Below, in pieces: positions 24,312-38,439 of a DNA stretch of 64,000 bases. The notes beneath the pieces are model-generated. The model was not told where the DNA came from. It did no database searches and worked only from the letters and a program-made list of their open reading frames with translations. This DNA is from Pecten maximus (taxonomy: Eukaryota). Position numbers and translations under genes: made by a program. Numbering within the stretch: position 1 is the stretch's first letter; each line of letters begins with the position of its first letter. The stretch spans positions 5,456,001-5,520,000 of the forward strand of contig NC_047027.1 in the NCBI RefSeq assembly GCF_902652985.1, in the 5' to 3' direction.

Positions 24312-27300
24312 CTAACAGCAGAAAACATCTACTCTCATTCATCCTCTAACAGAGGATAACATCTACTCTAATTCATCCTCTAACAGAGGATAACATCTAC
24401 TCTAATTCATCCTCTAATAACAGATAACATCTACTCTAATTCATCCTCTAACAGAGGATAACATCTACTCTCATTCATCCTCTAACAGAGGATAACATCT
24501 ACTCTAATTCATCCTCTAACAGAGGATAACATCTACTCTAATTCATCCTCTCACAGAGGATAACATCTACTCTAATTCATCCTCTAATAACAGATAACAT
24601 CTACTCTAATTCATCCTCTAACAGAGGATAACATCTACTCTACTTCATCCTCTAACAGAGGATAACATCTACTCTAATTCATCCTCTAATAACAGATAAC
24701 ATCTACTCTAATTCATCCTGTAACAGTGGATAACATCTACTCTAATTCATCCTCTAACAGAGGATAACATCTACTCTAATTCATCCTCTAACAGAGGATA
24801 ACATCTACTCTAATTCGTCCTCTAACAGTGGATAACATCTACTCTCATTCATCCTCTAACAGAGGATAACATCTACTCTAATTCATCCTCTCACAGTGGA
24901 TAACATCTACTCTAATTCATCCTCTAACAGTGGATAACATCTACTCTAATTCATCCTCTAATAACAGATAACATCTACTCTAATTCATCCTCTAACAGAG
25001 GATAACATCTACTCTAATTCATCCTCTAACAGAAAACATCTACTCTAATTCATCCTCTAACAGTGGATAACATCAACTCTAATTCATCCTCTAACAGAGG
25101 ATAACATCTACTCTCATTCATCCTCTAATAACAGATAACATCTACTCTAATTCATCCTCTAACAGTGGATAACATCTACCCTAATTCATCCTCTGACAGT
25201 GGATAACATCTACTCTAATTCATCCTCTAATAACAGATAACATCTACTCTAATTCATCCTCTAACAGAGGATAATATCTACTCTAATTCATCCTCTAATA
25301 ACAGATAACATCTACTCTAATTCATCCTCTAACAGTGGATAACATCTACTCTAATTCATCCTCTAACAGTGGATAACATCAACTCTAATTCATCCTCTAA
25401 CAGAGGCTTACATCTACTCTAATTCATCCTAACAGAGGATAACATCTACTCTAATTCATCCTCTAACAACAGATAACATCTACTCTAATTCATCCTCTAA
25501 TAACAGATAACATCTACTCTAATTCATCCTCTAACAGTGGATAACATCTACTCTAATTCATCCTCTAACAGTGGATAACATCAACTCTAATTCATCCTCT
25601 AACAGAGGCTTACATCTACTCTAATTCATCCTAACAGAGGATAACATCTACTCTAATTCATCCTCTAACAACAGATAACATCTACTCTAATTCATCCTCT
25701 AACAGTGGATAACATCTACTCTAATTCATCCTCTAACAGTGGATAACATCTACTCTAATTCATCCTCTAACAGTGGATAACATCTACTCTAATTCATCCT
25801 CTAACAACAGATAACATCTACTCTAATTCATCCTCTAATAACAGATAACATCTACTCTAATTCATCCTCTAATAACAGATAACATCTACTCTAATTCATC
25901 CTCTAAAAGAGGATAACACCTACTCTCATTCATCCTCTAACAGAGGATAACATCTACTCTAATTCATCCTCTAACAGAGGATACCATCTACTCTAATTCA
26001 TCCTCTAACAGAGGATAACATCAACTCTAATTCATCCTCTAATAACAGATAACATCTACTCTAATTCATCCTCTAACAGAGGATAACATCTACTCTAATT
26101 CATCCTCTAACAGAGGATAACATCTACTCTAATTCATACTCTAATAACAGATAACATCTACTCTAATTCATCTTCTAACAGTGGATAACATCTACTCTAA
26201 TTCATCCTCTAATAACAGAAAACATCTACTCTAATTCATCCTCTAACAGAGGATAACATCTACTCTCATTCATCCTCTAATAACAGATAACATCTACTCT
26301 AATTCATCCTCTAACAGTGGATAACATCTACCCTAATTCATCCTCTGACAGTGGATAACATCTACTCTAATTCATCCTCTAATAACAGATAACATCTACT
26401 CTAATTCATCCTCTAACAGAGGATAACATCTACTCTAATTCATCCTCTAATAACAGATAACATCTACTCTAATTCATCCTCTAACAGTGGATAACATCTA
26501 CTCTAATTCATCCTCTAACAGTGGATAACATCAACTCTAATTCATCCTCTAACAGAGGCTTACATCTACTCTAATTCATCCTAACAGAGGATAACATCTA
26601 CTCTAATTCATCCTCTAACAACAGATAACATCTACTCTAATTCATCCTCTAACAGTGGATAACATCTACTCTAATTCATCCTCTAACAGTGGATAACATC
26701 TACTCTAATTCATCCTCTAACAGTGGATAACATCTACTCTAATTCATCCTCTAACAACAGATAACATCTACTCTAATTCATCCTCTAATAACAGATAACA
26801 TCTACTCTAATTCATCCTCTAATAACAGATAACATCTACTCTAATTCATCCTCTAAAAGAGGATAACACCTACTCTCATTCATCCTCTAACAGAGGATAA
26901 CATCTACTCTAATTCATCCTCTAACAGAGGATACCATCTACTCTAATTCATCCTCTAACAGAGGATAACATCAACTCTAATTCATCCTCTAATAACAGAT
27001 AACATCTACTCTAATTCATCCTCTAACAGTGGATAACATCTACTCTAATTCATCCTCTAACAGAGGATAACATCTACTCTAATTCATCCTCTAACAGAGG
27101 ATAACATCTACTCTAATTCATCCTCTAACAGAGGATAACATCTACTGTAATTCATCCTCTAACAGAGGATAACATCTACTCTAATTCATCCTCTAACAGA
27201 GGATAACATCTACTCTAATTCATCCTCTAACAGAGGATAACATATACTCTAATTCATCCTCTAATAACAGATAACATCTTCTCTAATTCATCCTCTAACA

Positions 27301-27392
27301 GAGGATAACATCTACTCTAATTCATCCTCTAACAGAGGATAACATCTACTCTAATTCATCCTCTAACAGAGGCTAACATCTACTCTAATTCA
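24312..27392. repeat. 34-bp minisatellite (AACATCTACTCTAATTCATCCTCTAACAGAGGAT), ~90 copies, with nested higher-order duplications
   Basis: 34-bp periodicity; rare variants recur 950 bp and 202 bp apart. Confidence 0.98.
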
Positions 27393-27894
27393 TATTTCCC
27401 CATATCCTATATAACATCTGATATCCTCTCTAGTTACATTGGAGGTAGGGTTCGTGTATTGGTAGGATGCAGGACTACGTGATTGAACTGTTGATAGTTC
27501 AAGTTTGACAAGTTTTAGATCCTTGAACAAGTTACTTAACTCTGTTTTTGTTCCAGAAAATGAGTTAATGGTAGAGCAGTGCAGGAAATGTTGTGTGTAA
27601 GCTGTTAGTATTTGTTCAGTTAGAAATTTTCAGTAAATAATTTGTAATATAAAGTCGAAAGCATGAGCTCTGTATCTGGTCAATATGTATATGTTTTCTC
27701 TATATACTTCTGTTTGCCCTTGGTTTCACAAGCCCTGAAGTCCCTCTCAAGATCCTGATATTACCATCCGATCCCTTACGCACCAGTGTACAGATACTTA
27801 CAATATACGTATCATTGTAATTATAGTACCAACAAGTTTGGGGATGAGGGATGTTGCTGTATCCATTCTATATTTCCCAATATCCCCCCTGGCC

Positions 27895-28565
27895 ATGGGA
27901 GACAGTTCGTCTGTACCAGCATGCAGTTCGTCTGTACCAGCATGCGCTAAGTTTGGGGTAAGGGGTGTTTTGGTGGTCAATCTGTCTGTACCAGCACGCC
28001 CTAAGTTTGGGGTAAGGGGTGATTTGGTGGTCAGTCCGTCTGTACCAGCACGCCATAAGTTTGGGGTAAGGGGTGTTTTGGTGGTCAGTCCGTCTGTACC
28101 AGAAGGCCATAAGTTTGGGAATGAGGGATATTGTAGTGGTGACCAGTCTGTCTGATGAGGGATGTTGTATGGTAACCAGTCCATCTTTACCAGCAGGCCC
28201 TAAGTTTGGGAATGAGGGGTGTTGTAGTGGTGACCACTCCGTCTGTACATTTGGGAATGAGGGATGCTGTATGGTAACCAGTCCATCCTTACCAGCAGGC
28301 CCTAAGTTTGGGAATGGGGGATGTTGTAGTGGTGACCAGTCCGTCTGATGAGGGATGTTATAATGGTGACCAGTCCATCTTTACCTTTGGGGATGAGGGA
28401 TGCTGTATGGTAACCAGTCCATCCTTACCAGCAGGCCCTAAGTTTGGGAATGAGGGATGTTGTAGTGGTGACCAGTCCGTCTGTACATTTGGGGATGAGG
28501 GATGCTGTATGGTAACCAGTCCATCCTTACCAGCAGGCCCTAAGTTTGGGGATGAGGGGTGTTGC
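27895..28565. repeat. Composite repeat: 21-bp duplication, then 54-bp units, then ~100-bp two-part units sharing CCAGCA...TAAGTTTGGG
   Basis: Shared modules GTCTGTACCAGCA, CCTAAGTTTGGG, GATGAGGGATG and GACCAGTCC. Confidence 0.85.
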
Positions 28566-30636
28566 TAGGTGCTCAGCCTGACTAATGTTACTCAGTCTAG
28601 GTAGACACGCTGTAACAGACTGGTACCTCTATCGCCACTCAGCTTCAACACTACCAATGATGTAAATACTGCTCTTACCTAATTAATGTCTGTCCATTCT
28701 GTTTTAGACACCCCGACTAATTACCAAAGCTGAGGAGTCACCACAGAAGATACCCACTCCTCCATGGACTCTGAGACTGAGGCTGTGTGAAGTTTTATAA
28801 AGTGTGTGATTACTGTGATCAGGATTAGTCCCCGTGTATCAACATTGGACTCAACCTGCCTTCTACTTGTAACCCAGCATTGTGTTTTAAAGGGATAAAA
28901 GGTTGTTCACTTTTTTATTTTATTTGAATTTCAAGACAACGTAGAGTAACGAAAAAAACACCCTTCAAAGTTACAGAACAAAGTCGTGATTCATCAACAC
29001 AAAAAGTGTAGCTTGTGGATTTTGTTAAAAAAAATAGTTTATTGTTATGAGGAGTAGATTGCCATTGTTTTGAGTGTATTACTAGTGTAAACTGGGAAAT
29101 CAAACTACAGCAACCTTAAACACTTTTTTCGCGTGGATTACCCGTGCCATAAAGGACAGGATTATCAGTGTTGTAAGGGACCGTAGCTGTGTAGCCTCAG
29201 CGGTTTTCTGGTGATTCTGGTGAGTAGAGTTTTATGTTTATAAATGTAAGCCGTCTGACTTTGGAGCATGTAGAGTAGATTGGAGTCAGATCTCCTTGGC
29301 GATAAGGACAAGTCGGAGGGATGCTACATATTTTTGTTCCTCTGAGCGGTTTTTGGAGATTGTAGGCTGTGATAATACCCGTGACATGTACTATTTCATT
29401 AGGAACATCGTTTTTTATTTTGAAAACTGAGTGATATCGGTAACACTACGCTGATGGGCACTAATATCACCTCACAAAGCCTACACTCTCATACTTACAA
29501 TGTATCCCTTACGGATCTGCAGCATGGACTGGTCATATACCATATTCATCTCCATCCATGCAGAGCAGTTCAGTTAAAATATGAAGAAATCAAAAATCTA
29601 CTTCTACGGCGTGTATTAAACAAACTCCATTATTTGAGTAAACTTTCATGTGTTGGTCTTCTGGGTAGATTATTACAGGATAGATATGATATTGTAAAAT
29701 CTCGGCTCATAATTATAACGCTTAAGTCAGCTATACTTGAAGAAATTAGTAAAACACATATTCCTGAATGTCCAATTACCATTAGGCAATATGTGAACTA
29801 TGTAGTATCGTTGCCCTGAATCTAAATAATTTGATACATCTGGCCTTGGTGTAAAAGTTGTTTCATGTTTAGGATCAGTTTGAGGGTGACCCTCAGAAAA
29901 AGTCATTTAAATGTTGGGGGAGTGTGGTGATATTGTTCTGTAATTGAAGCTTTAATCAAAATATGAAACCTTTTTTTGTGATACTGAATTTGAAAACAAA
30001 TGAGTCCAAACCCGTAGTTTTAGGTCCTGTGTATTCGTCGTCTTGGCGATCAAAATGAAACAAATTACCCTCATGTTCCTCTTCATAAAACGTAATACTG
30101 CGTCACAGAATGTCTTAGCCTTGTCTCAGTTTCAAGTTCCAGGAAACACCATCTAAAACTTTTTGAATTTCTATTATTAAAAAAAAAAAAAATTAAAACA
30201 ATGTTCTGATGAACCTGATATAAAGGGGGATTTTCAATTCTATACGTCGGTAAGAAGTTGTATTTTTGTTATGAGTGATTTTGAAACCGTAGGAGAACAT
30301 TTGAGGTGACAAAGCCATATTGAATGGATTATTCCATCAACCCTGATGTATATTGGGTGTAGGAGGTAGAGACAAGGACAAAATCTATACAATACATTTC
30401 TCATCGTTCTTTTTAGAAGAAAATTGAACCAATGATCCTGTTTAAGGCAGGTATATCTCCATGTTTTCCTAAGAATTTTAAGTAAAGCTTAAATTAACAG
30501 AAAATAATGATCTTATAGTTATGTAATGCTTTACAGAAAATTTATCTGATCAATTAACTGATTGTCCTCCACTGATTGTTTATTCTCTTGAGAGGATAAA
30601 AAGACAATCCATTGATGTGACAGAATACCGTAAAAA

Positions 30637-30687
30637 ACTTATTTATCAGACTTATTTATCATACTTATTTATCAGACTTATTTATCA
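30637..30687. repeat. 13-bp repeat (ACTTATTTATCAG), 4 copies
   Basis: Direct inspection. Confidence 0.85.
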
Positions 30688-30774
30688 CACATTTGAGCTG
30701 CTAGTAACATACTGTATCTACCTCATATTAAGCTCTAGAGGCATCACATAAACTTTTAAACTTAGAAGGTGGGC

Positions 30775-31147
30775 TTATTACAGGACAGTGGGGATTATTA
30801 CAGGACAGTGGGGATTATTACAGGACAGTGGGGATTATTACAGGACAGTGGGGATTATTACAGGACAAAGGGGATTATTACAGGACAGTGGGGATTATTA
30901 CAGGACAGTGGGGATAATTACAGGACAGTGGGGATTATTACAGGACAGTGGGGATTATTACAGGACAGTGGGGATTATTACAGGACAGTGGGGATTATTA
31001 CAGGACAGTGGGATTATTACAGGACAGTGGGGATTATTACAGGACAGTGGGGATTATTACAGGACAGTGGGATTATTACAGGACAGTGGGGATTATTACA
31101 GGACAGTGGGGATTATTACAGGACAGTGGGGATTATTAAAGGACAAA
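30775..31147. repeat. 20-bp minisatellite (ATTATTACAGGACAGTGGGG), ~18 copies
   Basis: Exact periodicity with two 1-bp deletions. Confidence 0.97.
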
Positions 31148-31933
31148 GGGGTTTAGTTATTACAGGATCATAAAATCACAACTGGAGTATACATTAGTTG
31201 GCTTATAACTAGACATAGCGTAAGTGCATGATAAATAGGCTTGCCAACTGTCTTCTCTTTTTTTTTGCGATAAGAAAAAAATCAAAAGATTTTGATTTTT
31301 TAATTTCAATTTAGATTTCGTAAACTTAGCATGTAGCGTCTTTGGAAGATACACAAAATTGTACAGTTTGATAACACACTGATGATGTAAAGGGAGATTA
31401 CTCTAACACAGTTAATCCACAAAAATATTAGGTAGCATATGTCTTTAAGTGAAATGAAGTTCTGAATTAGGTTAGAAAGGATTCAGTTGTAATTAGAATC
31501 AGGATACAGTTACAGTCGAGATACATTAGAACCAGTTTTCATTTCCAATATTGTGAAGATTCTTTCTTTTCACTAATTAGTATAATCTTTGTGTGTTAAC
31601 CATCCATTGATCAGTGTAGTTAGGAATCAAGGAATAAAGTATTGTCAGTTTACTGACTCGGATCACCTATTGAAATCTTAATCGCTTATATTTACAGAAT
31701 TATTAAAACAGAAAACAAAATAATTTATGTCCTGAAACAAGAAGAAATGGCCATAAGATCAGAAAAAGTAAATAAATATGCTCGGATTTACACTCAATAA
31801 AATCAGTTTGATTTTTTTTTTTTACTGTAGCCTAAGCTAACAATGCCAATGCATATTGATTAGCACTTTAACATTCTAATTGAAGTTTAGGGAGCAATTT
31901 AAACCTGAGTTCACTAAAATCAGCAGCAACTTA

Positions 31934-32804
31934 CAAACTTATAAGTGATAGAGAGAATTTGTCTCTCAACAAACTTATAGTTACAGTGATAGAGATAATT
32001 TGTCTCTCAACAGACTTATAGTTACAGTGATAGAGAGAATTTGTCTCTCAACACACTTATAGTTACAGTGATAGAGAGAATTGGTCTCTCAACACACTTA
32101 TAGTTACAGTGATAGAGAGAATTTGTCTCTCGATCAACACACTTATAGTTACAGTGATAGAGAAAATTTGTCTCAACAAACTTATAGTTACAGTGATAGA
32201 GAGAATTTGTCTCTCAACAAACTTATAGTTACAGTGATAGAGAAAATTTGTCTCTCAACACACTTATAGTTACAGCGATAGCGAGAATTTGTCTCTCAAC
32301 ACACTTATAGTTACAGTGATAGAGAGAATTTGTCTCTCGATCAACACACTTATAGTTACAGTGATAGAGAAAATTTGTCTCAACAAACTTATAGTTACAG
32401 TGATAGAGAGAATTTGTCTCTCGATCAACACACTTATAGTTACAGTGATAGAGAGAATTTGTCTCTCAACAAACTTATAGTTACAGTGATAGAGAAAATT
32501 TGTCTCTCAACACACTTATAGTTACAGCGATAGAGAGAATTTGTCTCTCAACAAACTTATAGTTACAGTGACAGAGAGAATTTGTCTCTCAACACACTTA
32601 TAGTTACAGTGACAGAGAGAATTTGTCTCTCAACACACTTATAGTTACAGTGACAGAGAGAATTTGTCTCTCAACACACTTATAGTTACAGTGATAGGGA
32701 GAATTTGTCTCTCAACACACTTATAGTTACAGTGATAGAGGGAATTTATCTCTCAACAAACTTATAGTTACAGTGATAGAGAGAATTTGTCTCTCAACAA
32801 ACTT
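31934..32804. repeat. 41-bp minisatellite (CTTATAGTTACAGTGATAGAGAGAATTTGTCTCTCAACACA), ~21 copies
   Basis: Periodicity; GAGAGA/TCTCTC stem; +4 (GATC) and shorter variants. Confidence 0.97.
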
Positions 32805-34185
32805 AAAGGTGCAGTACACAATACAGTGACCTTTCATTTAATAAACATTTTATCTAAATGTATAAAGAAGATTATCCTAGGATGAGTTGGGTCTCTGTGG
32901 AGTTTGCACCATTAGATAATTTATTGGGTTTTCATTAAAATTATTTCCTGAAAAAAATCATGAATTATCTCAAAGTTGTGATTTCTATTAAAACTTTTTT
33001 TTCAAAACAATTCAAAGTTGACATCATTTATTTACGTAAAAAGTTTGAAGTTTATGATGAAATACAAACAGTTTATGAATTCTATTTTAAACCTCTAGCT
33101 GTACATATTTTGTTTTCAATTTCATTATAACTGCAAAACTTATCACCGATTCAGATTTCACATTTGTGTGTAATTAAAGGAATTATGATGTGTCAGGGCC
33201 CCGGGATGATGGGATTAACATTGATAAGATCAGCTTACTTGAAGTACACCATATTTGATAACAAAATCCATTAATTTATTTGAAATATTTTTTCCCACTG
33301 AACAATAGTGCTACACGGCTCTACTGAAGTATTGATGAGTTGTACACACACCAGAGCAACTTAAGGCATCTCCTGGTAGTTATGTAGCTCACTGCCAGTT
33401 ATCACCTCCAAACATAAAAGAGTTCTGTTAAGTGCTGATGCATTGTTCATACTTCAGTACATTTTAAGATAATATTTTCAACATGGACATGGTCTGTCTG
33501 AAAATGTTTTTACGTGTAATATGTGTTTCTATTTCTGTGATTAGTTAGAGTTTTCATAACAATATAGATGTTTATGGTCAAAACATTGATGGTTTGGAAA
33601 TGTTTGAGAACAGGAACCTGATACCATCTGATATATATATGGCTGGTATTGTCTGGGTGAAAGAATTGTTGTTTAATTTGTCTGGGCCAGGGTAGGCCAG
33701 AGGAAATTAATTATTAGTTAATTCATGTCAGAGGAAAGAAAGTATCGCCTCGTTTTCGTTAATTGGATCCAGAATTCATTGTTTTGTGTTTGTATAACTC
33801 CACTGTACTATTGAGCGGAATCATTGTTATAGAAAATGTGAGGCTGTATTCAACCTCATATGAGTTATGAGTACTATACACATTGAAAATCGAAGATGGG
33901 TGAACTTAAAAAAAATCATTAAAAAAATTGGGGTACATTTAAAAAATTGGTGTATTGAAACGATTTATTGGGAAAAGTTCCCCCAGTATAGTCCAGACTA
34001 TGTGTCGGCTGTAGTAGAACATCATAGTGTTTGTAGTATATTCTGATTCAATTATATATAGGAAATCAATATCGATATCAAAATTTTTCTTCATTTGAAA
34101 AAAAAAATTTTAAGGATAAAATAGATTTAATTATAATTTTGCAGTATCATTATGTATAGCTGGTATACATCAGAAAGATGATACA

Positions 34186-34396
34186 GTCACATGACTGAAG
34201 GGTTAATCCCTGGGTCACATATGATTGAGAGGTTATTCCCTTGGTCACATGACTGATGGGTAAATCCCTGGGTCACATGACTGAGGGGTTAATCCCTAGG
34301 TCACATGACTAGAGAGGTTAATCCCTGGGTCACATAACTGAGGGGTTAATCCCTTGGTCACATGACTGAGGGGTTAATCCCTAGGTCACATGACTG
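34186..34396. repeat. ~28-29-bp minisatellite (GGTCACATGACTGAGGGGTTAATCCCT), ~7 copies
   Basis: Periodicity; GTCACATGAC x6 and TAATCC x5. Confidence 0.92.
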
Positions 34397-35294
34397 AATG
34401 CCACACCAGATTAGTATGACTGACCACAGCAAAGGCTGGAAGAGGCCACCAGATAGTGTTAGAAAATTACCCATGAGTAGAATTAATTGTTGAGTGACAT
34501 TGTTTAAAATTTTCATTTATTAAAGGTAATTTTAACAGAAAATTCACACCCTACCTGTCCACGATCTGGCACAATGCCAAATACTCATTGAATACTAATA
34601 TGAACTGATATTGATGTCCTAGATTATCAAGTATAACAACATGTATCGGAATGATACCAATTGATGTCTCAGATTACCAAAAATACCAACATGTATTGGA
34701 ATGATACCACACCATTGTACTTTACAAACTAGGTCACACATAGAAACAGACAAGGAAAGTCCATGGATATCCAATAATATCACACAAGGTATCGGAAAAG
34801 GTAAACGGACAACACGAAACATCACACCAGGAAAAAAAATGATAGCGTTCATTGTCCTGACCTTGCACAAATTTTTTATTTTTGTTTTGATCTGCTGCCA
34901 AATGGATGAGGCGCTTGATTGTTGTAGTATCGGAGAATTCCTCCTCCTATACCGGAGTGTTAGAACCTCACAGCCAATCTGCTCGACTTCTGCCAATTAA
35001 TCAGGGCTTAGACGGAATATTATAGACAGGACAGACACAGCATTGAGATGGATTCTCTCCAACAGAACCAGTTTTGTTTGACATTGCTAAGTTGATGACA
35101 ACAATCCGATTTTAAAGAAAGCCAATTTTTTTATGTAATAAACCAATATAACCATAGAGAAGATAAAAACCACAGTATACAACGATTACATGTTTATCTC
35201 ATGTTTCTCAGCTTACGTGCTGTTTTTCTATGTATCATTTGTTTACATTGTTTTAATAGAATTTTTGTTTTTTTATTTGTAACTTGACTCAACC

Positions 35295-35630
35295 CCCTGC
35301 ATTGATACACTCTCGTCCTCCATAAGGGGGGATTAGCAGCCCCTCATCCCCCTAAAAGGCCATTAACCCACTTTATCCCTCTAAAGGGGCATTGACAGGC
35401 TCCCCCCCCCCCTCCTCCCAATGGGACATTGACAGGCTCCCCCCCCCCTTCTCCTCCCAATGGGGCATTGACAGCCCCTCATCTTCCTAAAGGGGCATTG
35501 ACATATTGCCATCACCTCCCCTAAAGGGCATCAACAGCCCCTCATATCTCCAAATATTGACAGCCCCTCTCATCCCTTCAAACATTGACAAACCCCTCAT
35601 TCCTCTAAACACTGACATGCCATCATCCTC
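35295..35630. repeat. Highly degenerate repeat built on CATTGACAGCCCCTCATC
   Basis: About 10 imperfect recurrences of the motif. Confidence 0.7.
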
Positions 35631-37611
35631 CTTACCTGAGAGCATAACTTGAGGACTTACATCGATTTCCTTTGCTGATCTATAATTGGCTGTGTCTGAA
35701 GCTAAAGAGAATGGTTCCTCTAATCACATAAAAAATATCCTGTAATATTTTATAGAGGAACACCAGGCATTATGTATCTACAAGAACGATTGAAACACGA
35801 GATCACTGAAGTCAGATCTTAGTCACTTAGAAGCTTCTTTTTTTTAATCCTTATTGTTTGTAGATCGCCATCGTATTGATTGATTTAGAAATAAAAACCA
35901 ACCACACAGCTGAGGCACCAGGTGTGGGCCATTTATTTAGACTTTTGTTTCCTCCCTACATCAAACATCGACAATTAGGTATCGGGGAGGGGGTGGTTTA
36001 TAGTAGGCAGGTGTAGGTATTGATAGTAGGTACGATGACTCAACAGTTCTCTCCATACAGTGGTCTTATACATGTATACAGTGTCTGTATATACATGTAT
36101 ACCTATGTATACCACCCTCGGACTACATTGTCTGTATACTGGTGTGTGAGGATAGATTCAGCTAAGAGTCAGATTTAAGATTTACAAAGAAATAGTTCTT
36201 AATAAAGCTATGAATCACAACCAGTTGACTTGTGATTAATGATGGCCCATTCTGGATCTTAGTTTCCGAATGTTTCCATTTTATAGAAAAAAAAATTGAT
36301 GGTATGCAACCTAGATAATTTTCTATTATATTTATTTCAAAGCCTTAGATCTGCTTGGGATCGAACCCAGAACCCCTAGTTTACTGCTGCTAGTATTAAC
36401 TAGGGTTACCACGGGTTACAGTGATGTTTGTGAAAGTAACAGGTAGGTTGACTTCCGAGTCCCTGATGGACTCCTCTGAAGACCAAAGGTATTTAATTCT
36501 GAAAAACTGATATCATGGATCCTTTGCTGCTGTTGCTGTCCTGGCAATTTGTTGCATGTATCAAAACAACATAACATAAGATCTTTCTATGACATGATTA
36601 ACTCACAGCTAAAAACATTTAATGATGAAACAAAATTCTTACACACATCTAATGATGAAACAGAATTCTTACAAATTTTATTTTTGTGAAGTTTTACCAT
36701 TCTATAGTAGTAACAGTGTTAGTCCTGTAATGTGGAATTGTCATTAATCAGAGGAATCACAGACAAACATGAGAGAAAGGATCCCAGAAGTTGTCCCCTG
36801 GAATGTTGGAGGAATGCTGCAGAGGCAGAGAAGATAAATTATACCTAAAACTTTTAATATTTTCAGGCTTAATATGTGATTAATGTTTTAAAGAGATTTT
36901 AAGTTAATTAACGGAAGGACATTTTAGCATACCATCAATAAAATGTATACAGTAATCCAGTTTGTCTGTTCAGAATGAGATATCAGCTGTAAGTCGGTGA
37001 ACAAATTCTATAATTTAAAAAATTTACATATATAGCTGTTAGGTGAGAAATTGAATCATTTTTTTAGACTTAAGTAAAATGGTTAAAAATTCAAACTGTA
37101 TAAGGCTGTTATCCCTTAGTGCCTGGCTACACTTCTGCACACGTTGTGGATTCTGTATAAGTACCTGCCATAGTATAAATCCAATAAAACATGCACATGT
37201 GGCACAAAATTTCAATTACAAGCTTCCTTAACTCTCTAAGTAATTGTTTATTTATATAAGAAGCCCCAGATGGTTTTCACTGTCGAATTACCTAACTTTA
37301 TACCCTATAAAGCTTCCTTGGTACCATCCATCTAAGGGAAGAAGAGTCCATTTTAGACTTGTGAGGGGGTATCATTATGATGACAGTTTGTCCAGGTGCC
37401 CTTAGCTGGTTACTATGTAGGCCCTGTCTTTATACAAAGTTGTATTGTATAACTGGGGCCATTGTCCTGCTACATTAAATATGAAATGTGTGAGAAAATC
37501 CTCACGGATACTCCGGACAAAAACAGGACCAGGCATTCCAGGAGGGTAAGGGCCTTATGATCCATCACCATGTAACTCTAATTCAGAGGATGCATAATAT
37601 GTTAATCAGTA

Positions 37612-37644
<33 letters not shown>

Positions 37645-37645
<1 letters not shown>

Positions 37646-37751
37646 CACATCTAAATTACAAGCCATGAGAACAGGGGACGTCCCATCTAGACTACAGCCT
37701 ATGAGAACAGGGGACGTCTCCCATCTAGACTACAGCCTATGAGAACAGGGA
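37645..37751. repeat. ~36-38-bp repeat (CCCATCTAGACTACAGCCTATGAGAACAGGGGACGT), ~3 copies following a G-run
   Basis: Direct inspection. Confidence 0.8.
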
Positions 37752-38345
37752 AGTCATTATTTGATGAAAGGAAAAAATCTAAGTTAAGGAACTTTCTTTA
37801 AATTCTGTAATGCTTTCCATCAGAAAAAAAAATTATGTTAAGGTATTTCTTAAAAGAATGTTGATTAAACTGGCCCCGGTTTACATTTGTTAATACTTGG
37901 GTGAAGGTTTCTCTGTACAGTATATAAGTTGTGATATACAGGTCTTTATACCTATTAGTATGTAATCTCCTTCACCAGCCCCTAATGATATAAATTCTAT
38001 AATTAGTTCCTTTTTGGGTTGGTGCTGGAATTTCCAGAGATAAGCCTGGTCTGACATGCCTCGCCCTGACTAGTGTTACAGACACTGGTCAGATTACTGG
38101 TGTCAAATGACCAATTAAATCAGTTCACTATTATAGTAAATGATTAGCAATTATTGGCTAATGAGCAGGTCAAATCTTACCAACTTCCTCACTACTCAGC
38201 ATATATGCTATTGAGCTAGACTTGTACAAGTCCCCTTATTTTAAAAGGGTCATAACTAACACAAGACATGAATGACTACTTGATGCAGTTTGTGTTTCTG
38301 ATGAAAGTTGAAATCACAAACTGTTTTGTGCTGTTAATTCTATGG

Positions 38346-38439
38346 TTGCATGTGTCTTTTTATAAGACACTTCACCCTATTTATTGCATGTGTCTTTTTA
38401 TAAGACACTTCACCCTATTTATTGCATGTGTCTTTTTAT
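38346..38439. repeat. 38-bp minisatellite, left arm (~2.5 copies), interrupted by the HINE
   Basis: Same monomer as 39741-40582. Confidence 0.95.

Noticed and set aside
24312-27392. CRISPR-like palindromic ~34-bp repeats (also the 30-, 38-, 41- and 43-bp arrays)
   Set aside because: Head-to-tail repeats with no unique spacers, no cas genes and a eukaryotic context
34619-35000. Overlapping 125-aa and 99-aa ORFs in unique sequence
   Set aside because: No recognisable domain; composition typical of random ORFs
36345-36385. GGGATCGAACCC, a minus-strand B-box suggesting a tRNA or SINE head
   Set aside because: Too short and decayed; no cloverleaf or SINE body could be traced
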